A stretch of 24,732 bases of DNA from the IMG/VR virus record IMGVR_UViG_3300012665_002105, positions 1-24,732 of that record; one strand, given 5' to 3'. The DNA is from a virus (lineage: Duplodnaviria; Caudoviricetes). This document shows, piece after piece, positions 16,486 to 24,732 of this stretch. The stretch's first letter is position 1. Each line of letters starts with the position of its first letter. The translations under genes and the position numbers were made by a program. A model generated the notes under the pieces. The model was not told the DNA's origin, did not search any database, and saw only the letters and a program-made list of their open reading frames with translations.

Positions 16486-19400
16486 TTACAGTCTTCCCAC
16501 TACAACTTCAATAACGCCTTCAACGCCGTCAAAGTCTTCTAATGCCTTACCAATAATAGTTCCAAGTTTTGGATCTGTTGTTGGACGAGCATACCCGTTT
16601 CCTCCGCTTACTAGCATATCACCTTTACGGATCTTGCCACGTACTTTACATGGAACACGTCCAGTTAATGCAAGAGCAACTACTTTCTCACCCTTCAATT
16701 GACTGTTCATTAAGTGTGCAGGGTTTGTTGAAACAACACCTGCAACTCTACGTGTTTCATCTTCGGCAATAGTTACTTCAAACTCGCCGCCAAATTCTAA
16801 AACAGTTCCTGGTTCGTATGCCGCATCTGCTTGATAATTCTCAGCTAAGTCAGCGTAGTAAGCTGAAGTCGCAGTTCCTTGGAACAATCTAGCAAACAAG
16901 TCATTATTGCCATCACGTTTGGCAATTGTATTAGCAGAAGCTGAAGTAGAAGGACTTGCTGTACCTAAGGTAGTTGCGTTATCAGCTGTGCCCTGTAATG
17001 CACCAATAAATTTGGTAGCAGTAACAAACTTACTTGCATCACGTGCAACAATCGTATTAGCTACATCACTTGTGGATACTCCACTAACTGAAATTGTTAT
17101 GCCTGCACTACCATCAAAACTACTAGCAGTTGTTCCCTGTACCATGCTGATCCAAGATCCAGCACTTAGTGAATTAGCAACTTTGGCAGCAGTAGTAGCA
17201 GTATCAGCATTACCTGTAACTGCACCAGTTAATGGGCCAGTAAATCTTGCAGAATGAATATTCTTAAATCTCTTAACACTAGAACCTAGCTCATATGCGT
17301 TGTCAGTAGCAACCCTAATTAATGGATTAATTCCAGTGATATCTTGATTGCCAACATCCAATGTTAATGGGCCACGCATTGAGCTACCAGTTTTTAGAAC
17401 AGCACCATAACTAGCCGCTCCACCTGCTCTAGGAACTTGAGGTTGATCTAAGCTATCATCGCTGATTAAGTTTTGCACAGCTTCAGTAAAGTTCAATAAT
17501 GAACGCAAATCTGCTGTACTTAATTCTACAACTGGTCCGTACAATGGAGCATTTGGACTTGTGTCATTTCTACCCAATATCTTATTATTGGTGATATGAC
17601 GAATTCTATCTATTGCAACACCATTGGTAGCAGACGTGCCATCGCTAGTTGCTTGACGTAATCTTACAAGACCATCGGTCACTGTAAACTGTGTATTGTC
17701 AAATGTACTAATACCCAAGTCACTGTTCACTGGAGTTGTTTGTCCAGGGTTAGCTAATGGTGGGAATGTAGAAGCAATCTTTAAATCTAACTTACTTTGT
17801 GCAATAGCCGCTGTTGAGTTGATCTGTTGATTGGTTATAATATCGTTCTTGACCTTGGCCAATAGTTGATTATCAGTTCTTGCAAATGTGATATCACTTG
17901 TTGGAGTTAGGCGAACGTTGACCATTGATCTGCGTTTGTCAGTAACTGGATCAGAAGGAACATATCCAGTAAACATTAACAAGTCACCATCGCCTGGAGT
18001 ACCAGTGAGAGTGATATCTTTATTATCTTTTAACCAATGATTGTTATCAAAATATTGCCAAGTTACTAAATCAGTTGCTTGTGTTGGATCAGCACTTCCA
18101 GTAATTTTATTACCGCTCAATGTAATATTGGACAACGTTGGGGTCAACGTCACTGTTGCACTTGCTCCAGATCCTGGACTTAGTAATGATGTAAATGATG
18201 CACCGCCAGTGTTTGTTACTAAGAACGGTATTGGTGCAGATGTATATCCACTACCACCGTTAATAACTGTTACACCAGTAATATTGCCGTTAGCATTAAT
18301 TGTTGTAACAGCAGATGCTTTAACACCACCTGAAGTTTGTGGTACTGGGAAATCAATTAGCGGAGCACTCAAATATCCTGCACCAGCACTAACTATTCCT
18401 ACTGATCTAACAGCGCCGCCAATAATAACAGTTGGCGCACTAGTATAACCAGACCCTTGTGCAACGATATTGATTCCAACAACTGAGTTACCAACTACAG
18501 TAGCAGTGGCCTGAGCTCCAGTGCCGCCACCACCAGCAAATGTTACTACCGGTACAGAAGTATATCCTGAACCTGAATTGTTTACTAACACTGTGGTATT
18601 AATTCTGCCGTAGGATCCAGCAGTTCTTAAAGTGAAACCATCCCAGTTAGTTCTAATGCCGCCATTTGCTATTGCAGTATCTACATAGTCCTTGTTAGCA
18701 CCATCTGTAGAAGCAACCGGAGTTCTAACACCGGCTAATTTGTTTCCGTTAAGGTCAATCTGCCCTATGTTTTGTAGTACACCACCGTTGCCTGTACGGT
18801 CGGCTCTCATTGAGAAACCTAATACGTTAGTTCTAACACCTGTTGTGGTAATACCATATTGGCCATCATAGTCGATGTCTCCACCAGCAAATACGTTATC
18901 AACATATTTTCTGTTTACACCGCCGTATCCAAAAATGTCAGTACTGTTTAGAATACCTTCGATTTTATTGTAGCCCATTGCCAACGTGCCAACCATTGTG
19001 CTTGAGCCGTCTAATGTTAATAGACCACGTTTAGCTGTGACTGTGCCGTCATCAAACGAACCTCTAATCTGAGAGTTAATATAAGATATAATAACTTTCT
19101 GTGTTGGCACAATATAATCAGCAAAGTCGCCCATTTTAATATCTGTACCAAACTGTGTTACTAACGCACCACCGCTGGCAAATTGGATTGACGCAACTGC
19201 CGTTAAACCAATTCTAGCTTTAATACTAACAGTACCGTCACCTTGATTAACGTTGAAATATGTACCAACTCTAAAGTTACCATTTTGATCAGTTGACACG
19301 TGGAATACACGACCAACTCCAACTTCATTTACTAGGTCACCTTCGCCACCAGGTGTTATTGGTTGGCCATACACGTTATGTGGATAATTAGATGCGTCAA

Positions 19401-22400
19401 AACTTCCTGAACCAACTTCTAAGAAGTCATGACCAGTAGCACGTACAGTTGAGAATGTTGTTGTTACATACGCTCTTTCACCAGCAACGTGTCTAACATC
19501 AAAGTCTTTATTCAAGTCAAATACGAAGTCTTTACCAGGACCAGTAATAGTAAGTTCAGTGCCAGCACTAATGCTACCTAAAATTGTATTACTAATCTTT
19601 GCTTCGAAATATCCTGTAGTTGGGTTAAATGCACTAGCACGGATAATTGTATTAGCAGGGATATTAGGCCCAGATAATACACCACCATATATTAACATGT
19701 TTGCGTCTGCAGGGAATATTAACTTTTGTACAGTCTCAATACCAGCTTGTGTTGCAGGAGCGGCAGTTGTGCCATTTTGTACTATATTAGAAATATAGCC
19801 CATCAATGTTGTCAATGTTGTTGCAACACCACCTTCAGCAGTTAAGCCAACTGGGAACACTTGTGGAGTGTAGCCATTTCCGTTTGGATCTTGATATAGT
19901 CTTGGACTACCTAAGTCTCTTACTGGAGCAACACCTAAACCGTTGTTGATGACATTGTTTAGCATTAACATCAAGTTTTCAACAGTGGTTGTAGTTCCTG
20001 CCTCACCAGCACTGCCAGTCAATACTTGATTTAATGTATTTGGATTTGGTCCTGTTGTTGTTTTAGTTACGCTGTTTTTGGCAATAATATCTTTAGCAAC
20101 GTTCTTTGCTCTAATCAATGCTGCCAAAGTTTGTGGTTTTGCACCTGCAACTACTAATGGCGTACTAGAATTACCTGCCAAGTAATAATTTTGAGCTGCC
20201 TGCAATGTCTTAACATTACCACCATATTTTAAATCATAAATGATTGCGTCAACAACTAAGCCAACGTCACGTGAACAAACTACTGTATCGAATACAAATG
20301 TTGGATACTGCACACCTAAGTAAGCAATTACTTCAGCTTGAATAAATGCTTTGTTTTGTGCAAGTTGAGCAATTGCATCTGGGTTAGTACCTGTGTAACT
20401 TACTGCTGTTTTGGCTAATGCTAATTTGGCAACAGTAGTTGCATAGTTAATTGCATCAACTGTTTCAGGTTTTTGTTCAGCAATAACCAATGCCGCACTT
20501 GCGTTACTTGCTTGATAATATGATAAACCTGCGGCAACACTTCGAATGTTACCACCATAAGTTAAATCATATGCAACTGCATCAATAATTAATCCAACAT
20601 CACGATAACATGTTGCTTGTTCATATGCAAACTCTGGATATATAGTTGACAAATATGCTAATACTTCTGATTGAACAAACGACTTGTTTTGGTTCAATAT
20701 TGACACAGCACTAGAATTAAATCCTACTAATGGTGTAGCACTTTCAGCTAATTTATAAATGTCAGTACTTATTGTATTACCAGTTTTTGCAAGTATACGA
20801 TAAACTTGATCAGCATCAAAATTTGTAACGCCAAATTTTAATGCAGAGCTGTTAATAATTGTTGGGTTGTCAAGTACTTGGTGTACACGTACTGACTTTT
20901 GCTGGAACAACATCAACGTAGTATCTTGTGGTAATGGCACTGCCAAACCAGGATCAATTGTTATTGTCCAATATGCATCATAGAATGTAAACAGTACAGG
21001 AGTAGCACTATTAGGAATATTAGTTGCTAAGTTTCTATCTAATGTTAAATCCCATATTCCGTCAACAGTGGTTGTAAGACCAGTAGCAACTTGGTCAACC
21101 ATATTAACAGTTAATGCCGCATTAAGAGTCAACGCCCATGTAGCAGTACCACTATTAAACGTTGGGGTTCCTGTTACAAAGTACCTTACATAATCACTGT
21201 TGGCAATATTTGGATCACGTAGCTGGAAACTCCAACCTTCTCTTGGAGTATATCCTGCTGTAACGTTTTTAACATAAAGAGTTGTTGCACCAATTTTATT
21301 ATCGTTAACTGTTGGTGGAACTGCTTTAAACGTTACATTTTTCTTTTCAACTTCTAGTACTTTATAAACTTGTGTACTGGTATTAACTGCTGGATTAGTT
21401 GCGTCAAGTCTAAACTTCATACCAACAACTGCTGGACGTTGTGATGCAAATACTTGTAACACATCACTTGTTGTTGAATTTTCACCACTAGTTCCATCAA
21501 AACGTGCTCTTGCTGTGAACTGTAATGGGCCTGGATCACCTGACACTGTGTAAATTGCTTCTAGCGCACCCGGCACAATATTTTGTTGAACTACTAACTG
21601 TGATTCTTTTGCAGTATATGGAATTAAATCATCATAGTAATCGTCACTTTCTGTACTGTTCAATAAGAATGTTCTTTGATCAACGACAGTAATTATGTGT
21701 GATGTTCCTTCTAATGATGAAGGTCTTGGTACTACACTTGGTGGAATAGGTTTTAACTGTAAACCTTTATCTGGTTTAAAATTAGTAATTTGTACACTGC
21801 TACCGTCAGCAAATGGGTGTGGGTGTGCTGTCTTAACGACTAATGGGCCAGAAGTAAGATTACCAACTAGAGTTCTAGCACGATTAATTTCACTAATAAC
21901 TACTCGAGCCTTGTTTAGTAGGAATGTTGAGTTGCGTACTGGTGGGCTGTTGAATCCACCAGCAACAAACGTAATAGCACCAACTAATCCTTCAGTTTCT
22001 GGATTATCAATAAGTGGAGTCATCAAGTTGACAACATCACTATCAAAGCGAACAATTTGTTGTGCTTCGTTAGGGTCGCTACCTTCTGACCATAGACCAA
22101 CATCACCATAACAACTTGAGCCTGTTACTGAACGAACTTGACCACCTGATCTAGCCAAGTAACTGACTTTACAGTAATATGTAAACTGCGATACAGCTTC
22201 TGTTACACCATTGTTATCAGCATAGATACCATAACCCATGTTGTTAATCATGGTAAAGTCATTTGATAACATACTACGGTTACCCGCAGTCTGTATCATA
22301 ATTTCTGTATTATTAGGTATAAAACCCTGTGGCAAATATGTATCATCGTCTTCAATTGGTGTACCAACAGTAATTTGTGTTCCGTTTGAATCAAATGTTG

Positions 22401-24732
22401 GACCTTGCAACGTGATCATTGCTTTGCCATTTGCATCTGGGGTAGTACAGTCTATAATGACATAACGTTTTTTATTATAGAAAAACGTGTTTGGTAATTG
22501 AACTTTTCTTATCAATCCTTTAACAAACACTCTGTAACCTCTAGCACCAGATACTCCGCTGTTTGGATTAGTATAAGATGTGTCGTCGATAGAGCAAACC
22601 TGGTTACCGGCCATACCGTCAATTAATTGTCCACCACCGCCTTTATTTGAGAATGAACCGCAGACTTGTGCGTATGGTGAGCGTGTTAAAATTTGACCTT
22701 CTGGGTTAAAGGCCATGATAAAGCCTTTGTGTCCATAGAAGCTCAAGTTACGCAATTGGAATGCATCGTCTACTAGTAGTATGTCAGCATGTTCATTATC
22801 CAAATAGAACGTGATAGTAGTATCTTGTAAAATTGTATTTTGTAAACGCTTAGGATCGCCGTTCTCATCTACAATTGGCATCTCATATGTGCCTTGTGCT
22901 GTGCCTGGATTTGCTACCGGATCAATATATCTAATAGCAGTTAGGTCACCAACGCGATACTGAATGTTATTAACAATAAAGCGCATACCTGATTTAGGAG
23001 GATAGGCAGCGTTAAACACTCTTAAAGTAGTGGCACCAACTGATTGCTGTCCACTTGAAAGCGCAATTTGTTTATAGTAGTGTGTGTTATACCAATATGG
23101 AGATGAGAAGTCTTGGTCACCTCTAACAAACTTAATACTTTCCGCTGGCGTTCCTGGAACATTTCTAGCAATAGCATCAGCAGTATCCTTAATAACAGGA
23201 CCTGGTGCAGGCTTAACAATAGTTCGTCTAAACTCGTCACCACGTAACGCAACGTTAGGTGGAACAACAATAGGCAAGTATTCTTCGTAAACGCCAGTTT
23301 CAATCATGATTGTGATTTCATACTTGGGTACAGAGAATCCTCTAGATCCGTAACTTATGGTACTTGATAAACTATATGGACCATCTTTGGCGTTGGCCAA
23401 CTTGATATTAATTAATCCATTATTATCAGTTATTGGACTAGACCATAAAATTGGAACTTTTAAATCTAGTTCAAATGTGTTAACGTCAACTTGATTAACA
23501 CGGTGTGTACCGTTCAACGCTCTTGTGTCATTATTACCGTACACGCTTGCACCAGTAACATAAACATAATCGCCATCTTTAAAGCCATGATTTTGCAAAC
23601 TTACACGCACACGAGTTCTTGGACCAGGTGGTGCAAACGTTGGCATATATCTTGTAATGTTGCCAGGATCAACGTCAAATCCAACATTGGTTAACGTAAT
23701 TTGATCCATGAACAATTTTGCATACGCACAGGCCGCACGGATTGTTCTAAACGCAGTACTCCACTTGCGTCCAATTTCTGTTACTGAATATCCATAAATT
23801 GGATTTGGTCTGTTGTTAACAAAATCCCAAATGTCATCATTACCATTGGTAGCAACAAATAAGTTTGTTGTACTATCAAAAGTTCTTGCATCCACGTATC
23901 CTTTTGTGGCTGCACGATAATCTTCACGAACAAATAATTCACCTGTTGGTTTTCTAGTCAGTGTAGCATATTGTCCAGGATGGTCACTAAGAATAAGTGG
24001 ACCAGTCATAACACCAAACCCTTGGTCAACTAAGCCAGTTGCTGGGTCAATCGAATCAGTACCTTGTAAACTTAATTTACTATCTGCATAATCTTTACGT
24101 ACAGCATGTGATGCAAGTGTACCTTGTTGATTTAATAATACGCTTACTTTGTTTGTTACACCATCAGCACCTTTTAATTTAATAAATTGTGTCAACCCTA
24201 GATTAGAGTTGCCGTTATTTGGTGTTGGAGTTATTCTAATATTTTGTCTAAGTGTGCTACCAGCAATAGTATTTGTTGCACCAAATAATTCTTGACCATC
24301 TCTATTTAGGAAGTTTTGATAAACCCACTTTCTAGTAACAGCGTCTTGATCTGACTCAGGATCAAATACTCGTTGTATTTTGTTATTGGCAGCATCGAGG
24401 TTATTAGACAGTGTTGGATTAGGGTCTCGAACAATATCAACACTACCTGTACTGATAACAACTTTGTCATCTTGAACTTCTATAGCAATACCAGAACCAG
24501 CATATATTTCTCTACCAACTACGTTCTTACCACTAGCATCAATACTTAAAAATTTATTAGGTACTAAGGGTTTGACAACGTTGGATAAACTATCAAAAGA
24601 TAATCCACCCTCCAAACCCTGGCTAGCATATAGCTCTTGAAAGTTCTCGTTAACTTTACTAAACGCATCACGGATGCTATCACCGGTTCCATCGTTACCA
24701 GTTAAACCAATATTAACGTCTTGTCTTGACAT
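16486..24732 (-). CDS. Giant multidomain tail fibre/spike protein (2748 aa) with pectin-lyase-like beta-helix and C-terminal autocleaving chaperone (peptidase G2/IMC-like)
   Basis: N-terminal NIGLTGNDGTGDSIRDAFSKVNENFQELY; DAxxKxYVD-type repeats; FVATNGND...AFRTIRAAC...GVYEEYLPIVVPPNVALRGDEFRRT beta-helix cap; C-terminal ADLAENY...VAGVVSTNPA...GRVPCKV..IRKGDMLV...GTIIGKALE. Confidence 0.88.
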   Translation of the reverse strand: MSRQDVNIGLTGNDGTGDSIRDAFSKVNENFQELYASQGLEGGLSFDSLSNVVKPLVPNKFLSIDASGKNVVGREIYAGSGIAIEVQDDKVVISTGSVDIVRDPNPTLSNNLDAANNKIQRVFDPESDQDAVTRKWVYQNFLNRDGQELFGATNTIAGSTLRQNIRITPTPNNGNSNLGLTQFIKLKGADGVTNKVSVLLNQQGTLASHAVRKDYADSKLSLQGTDSIDPATGLVDQGFGVMTGPLILSDHPGQYATLTRKPTGELFVREDYRAATKGYVDARTFDSTTNLFVATNGNDDIWDFVNNRPNPIYGYSVTEIGRKWSTAFRTIRAACAYAKLFMDQITLTNVGFDVDPGNITRYMPTFAPPGPRTRVRVSLQNHGFKDGDYVYVTGASVYGNNDTRALNGTHRVNQVDVNTFELDLKVPILWSSPITDNNGLINIKLANAKDGPYSLSSTISYGSRGFSVPKYEITIMIETGVYEEYLPIVVPPNVALRGDEFRRTIVKPAPGPVIKDTADAIARNVPGTPAESIKFVRGDQDFSSPYWYNTHYYKQIALSSGQQSVGATTLRVFNAAYPPKSGMRFIVNNIQYRVGDLTAIRYIDPVANPGTAQGTYEMPIVDENGDPKRLQNTILQDTTITFYLDNEHADILLVDDAFQLRNLSFYGHKGFIMAFNPEGQILTRSPYAQVCGSFSNKGGGGQLIDGMAGNQVCSIDDTSYTNPNSGVSGARGYRVFVKGLIRKVQLPNTFFYNKKRYVIIDCTTPDANGKAMITLQGPTFDSNGTQITVGTPIEDDDTYLPQGFIPNNTEIMIQTAGNRSMLSNDFTMINNMGYGIYADNNGVTEAVSQFTYYCKVSYLARSGGQVRSVTGSSCYGDVGLWSEGSDPNEAQQIVRFDSDVVNLMTPLIDNPETEGLVGAITFVAGGFNSPPVRNSTFLLNKARVVISEINRARTLVGNLTSGPLVVKTAHPHPFADGSSVQITNFKPDKGLQLKPIPPSVVPRPSSLEGTSHIITVVDQRTFLLNSTESDDYYDDLIPYTAKESQLVVQQNIVPGALEAIYTVSGDPGPLQFTARARFDGTSGENSTTSDVLQVFASQRPAVVGMKFRLDATNPAVNTSTQVYKVLEVEKKNVTFKAVPPTVNDNKIGATTLYVKNVTAGYTPREGWSFQLRDPNIANSDYVRYFVTGTPTFNSGTATWALTLNAALTVNMVDQVATGLTTTVDGIWDLTLDRNLATNIPNSATPVLFTFYDAYWTITIDPGLAVPLPQDTTLMLFQQKSVRVHQVLDNPTIINSSALKFGVTNFDADQVYRILAKTGNTISTDIYKLAESATPLVGFNSSAVSILNQNKSFVQSEVLAYLSTIYPEFAYEQATCYRDVGLIIDAVAYDLTYGGNIRSVAAGLSYYQASNASAALVIAEQKPETVDAINYATTVAKLALAKTAVSYTGTNPDAIAQLAQNKAFIQAEVIAYLGVQYPTFVFDTVVCSRDVGLVVDAIIYDLKYGGNVKTLQAAQNYYLAGNSSTPLVVAGAKPQTLAALIRAKNVAKDIIAKNSVTKTTTGPNPNTLNQVLTGSAGEAGTTTTVENLMLMLNNVINNGLGVAPVRDLGSPRLYQDPNGNGYTPQVFPVGLTAEGGVATTLTTLMGYISNIVQNGTTAAPATQAGIETVQKLIFPADANMLIYGGVLSGPNIPANTIIRASAFNPTTGYFEAKISNTILGSISAGTELTITGPGKDFVFDLNKDFDVRHVAGERAYVTTTFSTVRATGHDFLEVGSGSFDASNYPHNVYGQPITPGGEGDLVNEVGVGRVFHVSTDQNGNFRVGTYFNVNQGDGTVSIKARIGLTAVASIQFASGGALVTQFGTDIKMGDFADYIVPTQKVIISYINSQIRGSFDDGTVTAKRGLLTLDGSSTMVGTLAMGYNKIEGILNSTDIFGYGGVNRKYVDNVFAGGDIDYDGQYGITTTGVRTNVLGFSMRADRTGNGGVLQNIGQIDLNGNKLAGVRTPVASTDGANKDYVDTAIANGGIRTNWDGFTLRTAGSYGRINTTVLVNNSGSGYTSVPVVTFAGGGGTGAQATATVVGNSVVGINIVAQGSGYTSAPTVIIGGAVRSVGIVSAGAGYLSAPLIDFPVPQTSGGVKASAVTTINANGNITGVTVINGGSGYTSAPIPFLVTNTGGASFTSLLSPGSGASATVTLTPTLSNITLSGNKITGSADPTQATDLVTWQYFDNNHWLKDNKDITLTGTPGDGDLLMFTGYVPSDPVTDKRRSMVNVRLTPTSDITFARTDNQLLAKVKNDIITNQQINSTAAIAQSKLDLKIASTFPPLANPGQTTPVNSDLGISTFDNTQFTVTDGLVRLRQATSDGTSATNGVAIDRIRHITNNKILGRNDTSPNAPLYGPVVELSTADLRSLLNFTEAVQNLISDDSLDQPQVPRAGGAASYGAVLKTGSSMRGPLTLDVGNQDITGINPLIRVATDNAYELGSSVKRFKNIHSARFTGPLTGAVTGNADTATTAAKVANSLSAGSWISMVQGTTASSFDGSAGITISVSGVSTSDVANTIVARDASKFVTATKFIGALQGTADNATTLGTASPSTSASANTIAKRDGNNDLFARLFQGTATSAYYADLAENYQADAAYEPGTVLEFGGEFEVTIAEDETRRVAGVVSTNPAHLMNSQLKGEKVVALALTGRVPCKVRGKIRKGDMLVSGGNGYARPTTDPKLGTIIGKALEDFDGVEGVIEVVVGRL
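18150..18600 (-). repeat. Four GxGYxSxP beta-rich protein repeats
   Basis: SGSGYTSVP, QGSGYTSAP, AGAGYLSAP, GGSGYTSAP; boundaries approximate. Confidence 0.8.
19750..20705 (-). repeat. Two nested alpha-helical protein repeats (NKxFxQxEVxAYL...CxRDVGLxxDAxxYDLxYGGN)
   Basis: Cys codons at 20608-20610 (C1375) and 20275-20277 (C1486), 111 aa apart; two similar closing helices (LMLMLNNVINNG, LMGYISNIVQNG) follow in tandem. Boundaries approximate. Confidence 0.85.

Noticed and set aside
7003-23694. Numerous short plus-strand ORFs (e.g. 7003-7275, 9130-9489, 13674-14111, 18041-18448, 21695-22111) and the alternate-frame minus ORF 23022-23303
   Set aside because: All lie wholly or largely within longer minus-strand genes. 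Their Val/Pro/Leu/Ala-rich composition is what antisense reading of Thr/Gly/Asn-rich genes produces.
1-24732. Stop-codon reassignment (none of the 21 genes ends in TAG: 16 TAA, 5 TGA)
   Set aside because: Genes up to 8.2 kb are fully open under the standard code with high coding density, so there are no in-frame TAGs to explain. TAG avoidance is common in AT-rich phages.
13136-24732. Diversity-generating retroelement target, CRISPR array or DNA-level tandem repeats in the fibre genes
   Set aside because: Repeats are visible only at protein level with diverged codons. I saw no near-identical DNA repeat pair, reverse transcriptase or repeat-spacer pattern by eye.

Overview
AT-rich, densely coding fragment of a large lytic tailed-phage genome (T4-like/jumbo-type myovirus, probably aquatic; host not determinable here). 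There are 21 credible genes, 20 on the minus strand and phoH on the plus strand. In the main direction of transcription (right to left) they are: three large virion proteins (2748, 1093 and about 1394 aa), a 199-aa structural protein, a 79-aa ORF, a stand-alone 171-aa fragment of DNA polymerase III alpha (DnaE), a hypothetical, GroES, a small SH3-fold ORF resembling type II DHFR (DfrB), a MazG/PRA-PH-like NTP pyrophosphatase, a small membrane protein, two 2OG-Fe(II) oxygenases, a CDGSH-like protein, a 62-aa ORF, an RFC/gp44-type clamp loader and a DUF2452-like protein; then phoH, two hypotheticals and a GH19 endolysin. Main observations: (1) two helical repeats in the giant virion protein match the spacing of the phycobiliprotein bilin-attachment helix (CxRD[IV]Gx5[VI]xYxLxxGG); (2) the intein-less DnaE piece stops just before the catalytic aspartates and has its own predicted leaderless sigma70 promoter; (3) a perfect TTGACA-N17-TATAAT promoter has its -35 box at the apex of a terminator hairpin. 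No tRNA, rRNA, CRISPR or mobile element was seen. All family assignments come from motif recognition by eye, not from database searches.
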